The position numbers and the translations under genes are program-made. The notes below the pieces were generated by a model. That model was given only the letters and a program-made list of their open reading frames with translations. It had not been told where the DNA came from and did no database searches. From Candidatus Kuenenia stuttgartensis (GTDB taxonomy: Bacteria; Planctomycetota; Brocadiia; Brocadiales; Brocadiaceae): a stretch of 32,000 bases of DNA. Location: assembly GCF_900232105.1 (NCBI RefSeq), contig NZ_LT934425.1:3810001-3842000 (forward strand). Direction: 5' to 3'. Shown here in pieces: positions 9,012 to 18,430 of the stretch. Within the stretch, counting starts at the first letter, position 1. Each line of letters opens with the position of its first letter.

Positions 9012-10521
9012 CTCAGATAATCTAGATGCTGATGGTAATAGCACAACAATAACAAATACGGTTTCAGTAACGGGTACAACTGGAACACCAACCCCTACAA
9101 CAACGACAGAACCAAAGGTTGCGGCAGGGGATTCACACACCCTTGCCCTAAAGTATGACGGCACAGTCTGGACATGGGGACATAATGGGGATGGGCAATT
9201 AGGGGATGGAACATTTACCAACAGGACTACTCCTGTTCAGGTAAACGACCTCAGTGACGTCATTGCCATTGATGGTGGACAGCATCATCACAGCCTTGCA
9301 GTAAAATCGGATGGTACCGTATGGGCGTGGGGGCATAATGATGATGGTCATCTGGGAGATAGAACGTACACAAACAGAAGTTCCCCCGTGAAGGTAACTG
9401 ATCTCAGTGGTGCTATCGCAGTTGCTGGTGGAGATTCACACAGTCTAGCCTTGAAATCAGATGGTACCGTATGGGCGTGGGGAGCGAACTGGTATGGACA
9501 ATTAGGAGATGGTACAACCGCAGACAGCACTACACCTGTTCAGGTAAGTAACCTCAGCGATGTTATTGCCATTGCTGGGGGTGATAATCACAGCCTTGCT
9601 TTAAAGTACGATGGTACTGTCTGGGCATGGGGTGAAAATGCTTATGGTAAATTGGGAGACGAGACAGAAACGAATAGAACTGCACCCGTGCAGGTAGGCA
9701 GCCTCAGCAATGTTAATGCCATAGCAGTTGGCGACCAGCACAGTCTGGCACTAAAATCAGACGGCACGGTCTGGGCATGGGGAAATAACGAAGGCGGTCA
9801 ATTGGGAGACGGAACAACTACAAATAGAAATACACCCATACAAGTGAATTTCTACGGCCAGTATATTACTACGATCGCGGCTGGATATAAGCATAACCTT
9901 GCTGTGGATTCAGAAGGTTATGCTTGGGCGTGGGGGTATGGTTGGGATGGTCAGTTGGGAGACGGGGCTAACGCAGATAGCTACATTCCTGTGCAAGTGA
10001 TAGGACTTCGCTTTGTTACGGCCATTGTAGCTGGCGATTGGCATAGCATTGCCGTGAAGTCAGACGGCACGGTCTGGGCATGGGGGTATAATGGGGATGG
10101 TGAACTGGGAGACGGTACAACCTCAAGCAGAAGCACCCCGGCTCAGGTTGATATTAATTTAGGTCAGGCATCAGATTGTGGCGAGACTAATATAATGAGC
10201 TGGTCTGCCGCCAAATTGAAAATTAAAAGAAAGAAAAGTAAAGATATAACCATAACAGCCGCTCAAGGTGATGTGATAGAAGATGATAATACCATTTTTA
10301 AATGTCCCGTTGAAGGCCTGACGGTTACTGCAGTTGTTGATAGTAAAACTGAAGGAAAGAAGCTCATATCGGTTTCACCAACAAGCGCTGTAACTGATGA
10401 AAACGGTGATGTGACGTTCACGATAAAAGCCAAGAATAAAAAGGGAAATGCAAAGGTCTATTTTTCAATAGAAGAATGGGGTGAGTGGGTAACTACGGAA
10501 TTATCAGTAAAGGTAAGGTAA
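9012..10521 (+). pseudogene. Separated 3' part of the 5662 gene: RCC1-repeat domain plus Ig-like (Big/invasin-like) C-terminus
   Basis: Removing 102 bp (element plus one TSD) gives continuous reading ...GVNDTITVS-YSDNLDADGNSTTITNTVSVTGTTG TPTPTTTTEPKVAAGDSHTLALKYDGTVWTWGHNGDGQLGDGT... into ORF 9388-10521 in the same frame. Repeated 'DGTVWAWGxNxxGQLGDGT' units. Confidence 0.85.
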
Positions 10522-10723
10522 CTAATCCATGATATTTGTAATACATATCGGATATAATTTTGACGTAGGAAAATTTTCTGCTATCGAGTGCAGTGAAATG
10601 AGGGAAGGATAAGGGAAATTTATTCGCACAGGTTTCATGGTATTTTTTAACTTGTCAATTCATCTTAAAAAAGAAGGGGAAAAAGCCATGAAAAGAATTG
10701 CTTATAAAATGGTGGGTGAATTA

Positions 10724-10779
10724 GGGGACACTTCCCATATTTCTTGATTGATCTGGTGGAATAATAAGGGAAGTGTCCC
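10724..10779. repeat. REP-like inverted repeat GGGACACTTCCC...GGGAAGTGTCCC
   Basis: 12-bp perfect arms separated by a spacer of about 31 nt. Confidence 0.7.
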
Positions 10780-10981
10780 TATATTTCTCGGAGAGGGCGA
10801 AATCTGTAATCGTATAAGTAGAAAGAGAAAAACGGTAGAACTATGCGGTGTCGTCGGAGTTAAGAGTGACGGTATGACTGTAAAAGGTATATAAATGAAC
10901 TTGGGATGTCTAATTATTCAGGTTGATGACCGTAACGCAACAAGGAATTGTTACGGCTAATAGGGATAACTTCAGTATTGA

Positions 10982-11020
10982 GACACTTCCCGTATTTCAG
11001 AAGTTAATCTGGGAAGTGTC
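10982..11020. repeat. Second, shorter REP-like inverted repeat of the same type
   Basis: GACACTTCCC...GGGAAGTGTC. A more degenerate third version (GGGACACAGCCCATATTTC...) lies at about 11099-11160. Confidence 0.6.
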
Positions 11021-11243
11021 CCTCTATTCCCCCTCTATTCCCTATAGTTAAAGGGAATATTAAGTGAACTTCGGCGGGAATAAATTATTGGAGAATTAGG
11101 GACACAGCCCATATTTCTTACTTTATTTGGTGGGGAAATAAGGGATATTTCCTATATTTCTATATTTTAGAATAAATGTTTAAGGCTGATCTGCAGCAAA
11201 CAAAGGGAAAATCCATAAACCACATACATAACAGGAGGCTATA

Positions 11244-14183
11244 ATGCTAATAAAACATCCTTTAAAGAAAAGGCTTATTAAATCTGTTTTGTTATTAATG
11301 GGACTGGTAATAGCGCTAACCCTTTACCCATTGACCAAAAACAACTCAAACCTTGCTAATGATCAGGATATAGTCAGCAATTCAAATATCCTATACCTCT
11401 CAACTATCAATCCTGGTAAGGATTGGCAGACTACCATAAGCATTACAAACTCAGAATGTAAATGCAAACAGAGAAGGGTTAACGCAACGCTTACCGCATA
11501 CGACAAAGATGGTTTATCCCTTGAGGTTATTAAAAACGTTATTAGGCTTAGAGCAAATAAAACAAAGACCTTTCATTCTCAAACATTACCCACCGATGCT
11601 GAATCCTTAAGGGTTGAGTCAAATGGCAGCATTATATGCAATGCAATTTTCAAAACACGTGATGGCACAAAATCAGAGGTAGTCCCTGCCATCAAAGAAT
11701 CATCCAGACAGCTCGATTTCCCGGCGCTGCTCAGTTACGATGACCTCTATATATACAAGACCATTACCCTTTTAAACCCAAACACAAACCCCGCAAGTAT
11801 TGATATTGTAGCCTTGGATAAGGACGGATATGAGATAGACCTTAATGATTTACCATCCCTTTCGTCAATGGAAAGCAAAACCTTCTCCCTCGTGGATATC
11901 TTTGACCCAAGAATATTAAAAGACCTGTCAACGGTGAGGGTCAATTCAGATAGTAATATTATTGGACTTCAGCTTGTGGACTATCCCGCGGTTGACCTTG
12001 TTGGGCTTCCGGCCCTGACCACCACCAGCAAGGGCTGGACGTTTCCAATAGCAACCAAAGGAGAAAACTTCGATTTGTGGACAAAAGTGGGTATTTTAAA
12101 TCCTTGTAATAACATAGCCAATGTTATCATTGAGGCATTTGATACCAGCAGTAACTCACTGGGGATTATCCATAGTCAAACCATTTTGCCGGGTGTAACC
12201 TATGTTATCAATACCGCTAATATTGATACTATCGAGGGAGATGCCATACCTTCAAATACCGCTATTCTCAAGATCACTTCTACCCAGTCTGTAATTGGGT
12301 ATGAAGTCATTGGTGTTCTAAATGGCAGCGGTCTTTCAGCAGTTATGGGGATTCCTGACGAAGACCAAACTTCGGTGGGATTTGAGCTAATCGGTTCAAT
12401 GGACGGAGAGGTGCTTAATACCTATTCAATGATGCGGATGGGCGATGGGAGCGTGAAGTCAACGGTTGGGAGTTTGGGGAGTGAAGAATGGAGAAAAAAT
12501 GTAAACATAATACCCGACACCTCAGAAATAATCTCTGCACCAACAGCAGTCAGTGAAATAAATGAAAATGAATGTGTTCCTCCAAAACAACTTAATTCAA
12601 AATACTGGCTGGGATTTCCACTTAAATACCCGCCTTCTAAAAACTGGACTCCATACACTGCCAATATAACCAGTGTTTTTGACCATGCTATGAAAACACT
12701 GGATGGAAAGAATCATGTGGTGGCATATACGGGGGAAGGAGGTTCTAAGAAAGCAGATGGTACATGTGATAAAAATGGTAATGGATGCGGTTATAAGAAA
12801 AGCGATGAAAGCCCATTTATTATAAACAATCATTATGTAGGCGTTAAATCGTCCGGCAGCGCAACGGTTTTACAGTACGATGATCATCGGGGATACGATT
12901 ACCCTGTTAGAGAAGAGCGTGTCTATGCTGCGGCTGATGGATGTGTTCATAAGGCACAATGGGATAAGGAAAATGGTGTGGAAAATGGTGGTGGTTATTA
13001 TATAAAGATAAAGCATAACACAAGCAATGGTGTCTACTATACTAGTTATCTCCATTTAAAAAAAGATTCTTTTCGGGTGGGTAAGGGTGACACTGTGACG
13101 GCAGGACAATGGATTGCCGTATCAGGTAATACAAGTACAAGTACAAGTGGCGAAACATTCCCCTATCACCTTCATTTCGAAGTGAGAAAAACTTATGATC
13201 TACAAGGGAATGTTGTTGACCCCTATGGCTGGCATCCATCGGTAAAAACTGATGATCCATACACAGGAAAAAAGAAAGAAACCCTTTGGGAGGCGGCAAC
13301 TGAACTTCCACAAATTACCTCAATAAGTCCTTCAAGTGAAGGTGCTGGCACTTCAGTAACGATAACGGGCAAGAGATTTGGTGCTGGAGCAGGTACGGTA
13401 AAATTTGGTACGGTAAAAGCCGAGGTCACTTCATGGGGTGATACTGAAATAGTTGCGACTGTGCCTGATGGTAATGGAGAAGTATATGTAAGGGTGACAA
13501 CTGCCGGAGAAGAAACAGCAGTAACAAGCACAGGAGATGATGATGAAGAGAAATATGTATTTACATACACATCATCACCAACTACTTGTATTGCGACAGT
13601 TTCTTCAGGTCAGTGGAAGGGAGAATACTACAACAACAAGGATTTAAGCGGCAGTCCAGTCATGACAAGGGACGATGGAAGCGGGAATCTCAATTTCGAC
13701 TGGGGTAGTGGTAGTCCAAATAGCTCTAGCCCTTGTGTCATAGGCACTGATGATTTTTCCGTTCGCTGGACGAGGACGGTTTCTTTCGATGCAAACACCT
13801 ATCGTTTCAAGGTAACGTGTGACGATGGTTTCAGACTTTACATAGATGGCATTTCGAAGCTTGAGAAATGGATCGATCAAGGCTCAACAGAGTACACGGT
13901 GGATGTATCACTTTCGTCAGGGAAACACACTATAAAACTGGAGTACTATGAGGCTGGCGGGGGCGCAGTTGCGAAACTATCATGGGAGGTGGCATCATCT
14001 ACAATTTCCGTTACTTCTTTTAAAATCAACAACGATGCATCCAGCACAACGAGTCGGACGGTAACGCTGAATAATATGGCAACGGGTAGTCCTACACAAT
14101 ATATGGCAAGTGAATCATCCAGTTTTAGCGACGCCAGTTGGCAGACGTACTCAGTGAGTCCAAGCTTTAGGCGCTGTAAATAA
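11244..14183 (+). CDS. Secreted M23 (LytM/peptidoglycan endopeptidase-like) protein with IPT/TIG and PA14 domains, prematurely terminated by the 99-bp element; original gene probably 11244..16529
   Basis: N-terminal hydrophobic signal (SVLLLMGLVIALTLYPL). M23 motifs DHRGYDYPV and HLHFEV with YTSYLHL. IPT/TIG 'PQITSISPSSEGAGTSVTITGKRFGAGAGTVKFG'. PA14 'GQWKGEYYNNKDLSGSPVMTRDDG...'. Ends SFRRCK* inside the element. Confidence 0.85.
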   Translation: MLIKHPLKKRLIKSVLLLMGLVIALTLYPLTKNNSNLANDQDIVSNSNILYLSTINPGKDWQTTISITNSECKCKQRRVNATLTAYDKDGLSLEVIKNVIRLRANKTKTFHSQTLPTDAESLRVESNGSIICNAIFKTRDGTKSEVVPAIKESSRQLDFPALLSYDDLYIYKTITLLNPNTNPASIDIVALDKDGYEIDLNDLPSLSSMESKTFSLVDIFDPRILKDLSTVRVNSDSNIIGLQLVDYPAVDLVGLPALTTTSKGWTFPIATKGENFDLWTKVGILNPCNNIANVIIEAFDTSSNSLGIIHSQTILPGVTYVINTANIDTIEGDAIPSNTAILKITSTQSVIGYEVIGVLNGSGLSAVMGIPDEDQTSVGFELIGSMDGEVLNTYSMMRMGDGSVKSTVGSLGSEEWRKNVNIIPDTSEIISAPTAVSEINENECVPPKQLNSKYWLGFPLKYPPSKNWTPYTANITSVFDHAMKTLDGKNHVVAYTGEGGSKKADGTCDKNGNGCGYKKSDESPFIINNHYVGVKSSGSATVLQYDDHRGYDYPVREERVYAAADGCVHKAQWDKENGVENGGGYYIKIKHNTSNGVYYTSYLHLKKDSFRVGKGDTVTAGQWIAVSGNTSTSTSGETFPYHLHFEVRKTYDLQGNVVDPYGWHPSVKTDDPYTGKKKETLWEAATELPQITSISPSSEGAGTSVTITGKRFGAGAGTVKFGTVKAEVTSWGDTEIVATVPDGNGEVYVRVTTAGEETAVTSTGDDDEEKYVFTYTSSPTTCIATVSSGQWKGEYYNNKDLSGSPVMTRDDGSGNLNFDWGSGSPNSSSPCVIGTDDFSVRWTRTVSFDANTYRFKVTCDDGFRLYIDGISKLEKWIDQGSTEYTVDVSLSSGKHTIKLEYYEAGGGAVAKLSWEVASSTISVTSFKINNDASSTTSRTVTLNNMATGSPTQYMASESSSFSDASWQTYSVSPSFRRCK

Positions 14184-15195
14184 ATTAACGTCTCACTTTG
14201 AAGCCTTGATTGCATGTTTCCAGAGCATGAAATTGATCTACTTGATACCTTTATTTATTTACAGTGCCTTACCTTGAGTTCAGGTAATGGAAATAAGACC
14301 GTATACTTTAAGGTTAAAAACAGTGCTAATACTGAATCATCAGTGGTGAGTGACAGTATTACCCTGAGTGAGTCTACTTCCTGCACTGCGGCAGTTTCTT
14401 CAGGTCAGTGGAAGGGGGAATACTACAACAATAAGAATTTAAGCGGCAGTCCAGTCATGACAAGAGACGATGGAAGCAGGAATCTCAATTTCGATTGGGG
14501 CAGCGGAAGTCCAAGCAGTTCGTGTGGTATAAATAGTGACGATTTCTCAGTTCGCTGGACGAGGACGGTTTCTTTCGATGCCAACACCTATCGCTTCACG
14601 GTAACGTGTGATGATGGTTTCAGACTTTACATAGATGGCATTTCGAAGCTTGAGAAATGGATCGATCAAGGCTCAACAGAGTACACGGTGGATGTATCAC
14701 TTTCGTCAGGAGATCACACTATAAAACTGGAGTACTATGAGGCTGGCGGGGGCGCAGTTGCCAAACTATCCTGGGAGAAAGTATCCAGCAATTCCTGCAC
14801 AGCCACAGTCTCTTCAGACCGATGGAAGGGAGAATATTACAACAACAAGGATTTAAGCGGCAGTCCAGTCATGACAAGAGACGATGGAAGCGGGAATCTC
14901 AATTTCGACTGGGGTAGCGGAAGTCCAAGCAGTTCGTGTGGTATAAATAGTGACGATTTCTCAGTTCGCTGGACGAGGACGGTTTCTTTCGATGCCAACA
15001 CCTATCGCTTCACGGTAACGTGTGATGATGGTTTCAGACTTTACATAGATGGCATTTCGAAGCTTGAGAAATGGATCGATCAAGGCTCAACAGAGTACAC
15101 GGTGGATGTATCACTTTCGTCAGGGAATTACACCATAAAAATGGAGTACTATGAAGCTGATGGGGGCGCTGTCGCGAAACTATCATGGGAGGTGG
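13600..15195 (+). repeat. Three PA14-domain coding repeats; copies 2 and 3 are near-identical with 414-bp (138-codon) spacing
   Basis: 'ggaagtccaagcagttcgtgtggtataaatagtgacgatttctcagttcgctggacgaggacggtttctttcgatgccaacacc' repeated at about 14505 and 14919. Confidence 0.85.
14170..14268. mobile_element. MITE-like element copy 2, 99 bp, TSD TTA, inverted relative to copy 1
   Basis: GGCGCTGTAAATAAATTAACG...CCTTTATTTATTTACAGTGCC flanked by TTA (14167-14169 and 14269-14271). Reverse complement identical over 99/99 to 8910-9008. Confidence 0.9.
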
Positions 15196-16529
15196 CATCA
15201 TCTGGTAGTGTGCCTGGCAGCATTACCGACCTTACAGCAACGCCTGAGTGTGATGGCACTGCGTCTCAGGTACGGCTGAACTGGTCTGCGGCAAGTAACG
15301 CAACCTCGTATGACGTCTACCGCAACGGCAGTTTGTATTACAGTGGGGTATCAGGGACACAATTCATAAATAGTTCCAATATTACAACTGGAATGTCTTA
15401 TTCTTACTACGTTCAGGCCAAGAACTCTTATGGTTTTACTAACTCCAATACTGTTTCTGCAACGGCAATAACTTGTGTCAGCAATATGCCTGGCAGCATT
15501 ACTGACCTTACGGCCACAGCTGAGTGTGATGGTACAACTTCTCAGATACGGCTGAACTGGTCTGCGGCAAGTAACGCAACCTCGTATGATGTCTACCGCA
15601 ACGGCAGTTTGTATTACAGTGGGGTATCAGGGACACAATTCATAAATAGTTCCAATATTACAACTGGAATATCTTATTCTTACTACGTTCAGGCCAAGAA
15701 CTCTTATGGTTCTACCAACTCCAATACTGTTTCTGCAACGGCAATAACTTGTGTCAGCAATATGCCTGGCAGCATTACTGACCTTACGGCCACAGCTGAG
15801 TGTGATGGCACAACTTCTCAGATACGGCTGAATTGGTCTGCTGCAAGCAATGCAACCTCGTATGATGTCTACCGCAACGGCAGTTTGTATTACAGTGGGG
15901 TATCAGTGACACAGTTCATCAATAGTTCCAATATTACAACGGGAACGTCTTATTCTTACCATGTCCAGGCCAAGAACTCTTATGGTTCTACTAACTCCAA
16001 TACTGTTTCGGCAACGGCGAAAACTTGCGGCGGGTCTACCAGTCAATCAGAGCGCATTACTAACGGCAGCTTTTCTTCCGGTACAAGCGGATGGACGCTA
16101 TCGAGTGATTTTTGGGCAGGCACAAATCTTTCTAACTATCGCACCTCACCGGGCTATGCAGCGGGAGGCGTAGACAGTAGTGGAACGCCAAAAAACAATG
16201 CGTATGGTTCCATGTACCAAGCAGTAACTATCCCATCCAATGCAACTTCGGCCACTATCAGTTTTTGGTATAACATAACAACATCAAATGAATCAGGATA
16301 TGATGCGCTCTACACAGTTATCAAAAATTCTTCGGGGAGTCATTTAGCAACAGTTGCTACCTTCAGCAATGCCGATAAAGGAACATTAGGAAGTTACAGC
16401 AAAAAAAGCCTTGATGTAACCTCATACAAAGGGCAGACCGTCACAATATATTTTCTGGCAATGACTGATTCTGCTAATACTACGGTATTCAGAATTGACG
16501 ATGTCAGCCTTATGTCTGATGGAAATTAA
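14272..16529 (+). pseudogene. Separated 3' part of the 11244 gene: two further PA14 domains, three fibronectin type III repeats, C-terminal jelly-roll-like domain
   Basis: Removal of 102 bp restores ...TYSVSPSF-TLSSGNGNKTVYFKVKNSANTESSVV... in the frame of ORF 14214-16529. The annotated start at 14214 lies inside the element and has no obvious Shine-Dalgarno. Confidence 0.85.
15211..16035 (+). repeat. Three FN3-domain coding repeats, 276 bp (92 codons) each
   Basis: PGSITDLTATAECDGTTSQIRLNWSAASNATSYDVYRNGSLYYSGVSGTQFINSSNITTG.. units starting near 15211, 15487 and 15763. Confidence 0.9.
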
Positions 16530-16615
16530 GAAATTTTCCTTTTTTTAAGCTGAATACAATTTGTACGTTTTGTAAAAACGAAACATTTGTGAATGAACAA
16601 AAGGGGTCAAATGAA

Positions 16616-16917
16616 CAAAAGGGGTTACACCTTGATTAGTGATTTAATTTCTTCTAATCGTTTATTAATTTCATTTTCTTCAGATATCTTTGATTTCATA
16701 ATAGTTACTCGCCAACTTATGGAAGAATAACCAAGACCAAACAAATTCCCGATTTCCTGGTTATTAAAAATATTCCTTCGCTCATTTTCTCGTGATAAGA
16801 TGTGATAGTAAGCCACTTCAAATTCTATGCGCCATTGTCTTGTCATGTCAGACAAGATAGCAAAATTACCTTCTATTGCCAACAGCATAATCACTAATCA
16901 AGGTGTGACCCCTTTTG
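16616..16917. mobile_element. 302-bp element bounded by 29-bp inverted repeats, carrying a shrunken Y1/REP-associated transposase-like ORF
   Basis: CAAAAGGGGTTACACCTTGATTAGTGATT (16616-16644) versus reverse complement of 16889-16917 (CAAAAGGGGTCACACCTTGATTAGTGATT): 28/29. Confidence 0.75.
16625..16894 (-). pseudogene. Internally deleted REP-associated/IS200-like transposase remnant
   Basis: MTRQWRIEFEVAYYHILSRENERRNIF resembles the family N-terminus (RQWRIEYPGALYHVLSRGNERRDIF). It is joined directly to NNQEIGNLFGLGYSSISWRV, resembling the C-terminal HTH (NKEIGELFGGISYSAVS). The catalytic middle is absent. Confidence 0.65.
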
Positions 16918-17069
16918 CGCCTCCCGAACAGTACGATTGGTATGCTCCTGGAGTTGGCTTCATCAGACAAATCATTAAAGAAACGCGAGAAATGATAATA
17001 AACAAGTCAGGGTATCTCCGTGGAGGCTCTGAAGAAATAACTGTGCAATTGGAATCATTCAAAAAATGA
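16918..17069 (+). pseudogene. 3' remnant of a hypothetical (periplasmic-like) protein gene
   Basis: APPEQYDWYAPGVGFIRQIIKETREMI...GSEEITVQLESFKK* carries a 'WYAPGVG' C-terminal motif and begins only after the inverted repeat. Confidence 0.35.
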
Positions 17070-17335
17070 TGCGAAGCCAAGAGACCGTCAGGATAGAGGA
17101 AGGAATTGGTATATTGGTTTTAATTTCTCAACCTTATATAAATTTTATCAAGGTAATTTTAGTATAAAGATATACAGGCGATCACCATGATTACAAAACA
17201 AGACTATATTTTATATTTGTTGATCTTGCTTGTCCTTTTTGAAGGTTGTGCAAAAAGATATCCTCTTGGCACGAAAGAAGAACAATGGCAAGCCTTGAGC
17301 CCACAACAGCAGGCGGAACATACTACAAAGCAATA

Positions 17336-17476
17336 GGGTGCATTCCCGATTTTTTGTGACTTCCGCCATGTTTTAATAAAACGTACAGTAGTGTTAACCC
17401 TGACAGGGTTTCAAACCCTGTCAGGGTTGTTTTGCCCCGACTCCATGAACGCTTACAAAAAATCGGGAATGCTCCC
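17336..17476. mobile_element. 141-bp element (copy B of the GGG(A/T)GCATTCCCGATTTTTTG family) with 8-bp direct repeats
   Basis: TIRs 17336-17356 and 17456-17476 (20/21 match); direct repeats AAGCAATA at 17328-17335 and 17477-17484. Confidence 0.85.
17396..17428. repeat. Perfect hairpin AACCCTGACAGGGTTT-C-AAACCCTGTCAGGGTT inside element B
   Basis: 16-bp perfect stem with 1-nt centre. Confidence 0.9.
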
Positions 17477-18430
17477 AAGCAATATCAGATAGACGAAGAA
17501 AGAAGAAAAAGGCAGGAAGAATACCGGCAGCAAAAAGAAAGAGAAGATGCAGAGGCGATAAGATTAGAAAAGGAACGCATTTTACAGCTTTATAGGAATG
17601 CGCGTTACGGCGATATTATTCAGGTGAACATATCTGGAGGCAGCATTGCCTTTATCGGAGAAAGAAAAGGTTACGAACCTTTGTCCTTCGATCTGGTGAG
17701 AGGCGAGAGGAAAAGGATTCCATTCTATCACCACGATAAACAAATAACCTATCAAACAGACATCTGGGTAGCGTATGACAACAACGCCTTTTATTTTGAT
17801 GTTGGAGATGACCAGAAATATGAACAGAGTACAGATAAGATAGTTATTTTAGATAATGGACGCTGGGATGAAGGGAAGACATATCGCCCAAAAACACTCG
17901 ATAAGAGCACCTATAGTCAGGCGCATGGCATAAAGGTTTTTATACGGTATAAACTATTGCCCGGTATGCAACGAAAAGGGGCGTATCATTATTACCCGCC
18001 TCAATGAAGTGAGTTAATTTCTAAATTATCTTATAACTGTTGTACGGTATTTGTGCTAAATTTGCGCTAAAATCAATCCAAAAGGATAGAATTAATTGAA
18101 ATGAATAGAATTGATATAACTCCAACAATCCCTGAATTTTCAAGGTAAAACAGGAAACCAGCCCAATATCAAGGACTTAAGAATTTTCAATATTTCACAT
18201 TTGTAACCTGAACCCATGAGTTTATACGGATAATGAGTCCATGTACTGCTGTTAAATTCCAATGCCCAAATCACAAAATCCCTGCTCGGAATTTATTTGT
18301 CATTTGTTCTGCCAATAGAAGGCTGGATTAAAAGTATGAAACGTTTGGTTCAGGGTTATGATAGTAAGGAAAAACAGCAATACTTCTATTGGTTGATAGA
18401 AAAGGGAATCATTGTTTCCTTAACAAGCGA

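Larger units (their letters stand above)
17187..18007 (+). pseudogene. Lipoprotein gene (hypothetical) interrupted by element B
   Basis: ATG 17187: MITKQDYILYLLILLVLFEGCAKRYPLGTKEEQWQALSPQQQAEHTTKQ|tag. After the element the sequence resumes KQYQIDEERRKRQEEYRQQKERED...; N-terminal lipobox-like LFEGC. Confidence 0.75.

Noticed and set aside
11747-14215. Multiple minus-strand ORFs antisense to the M23/PA14 gene
   Set aside because: No domain-like sequence, and the opposite strand has a fully supported coding frame.
14214-14271. Independent start codon of ORF 14214-16529
   Set aside because: The ATG lies within the 99-bp element with no SD; the downstream frame is better explained as the displaced 3' part of the 11244 gene.
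17432-17476. N-terminus MPRLHERLQKIGNAP of ORF 17432-18007
   Set aside because: Encoded by the end of element B; the host reading frame is that of the lipoprotein starting at 17187.
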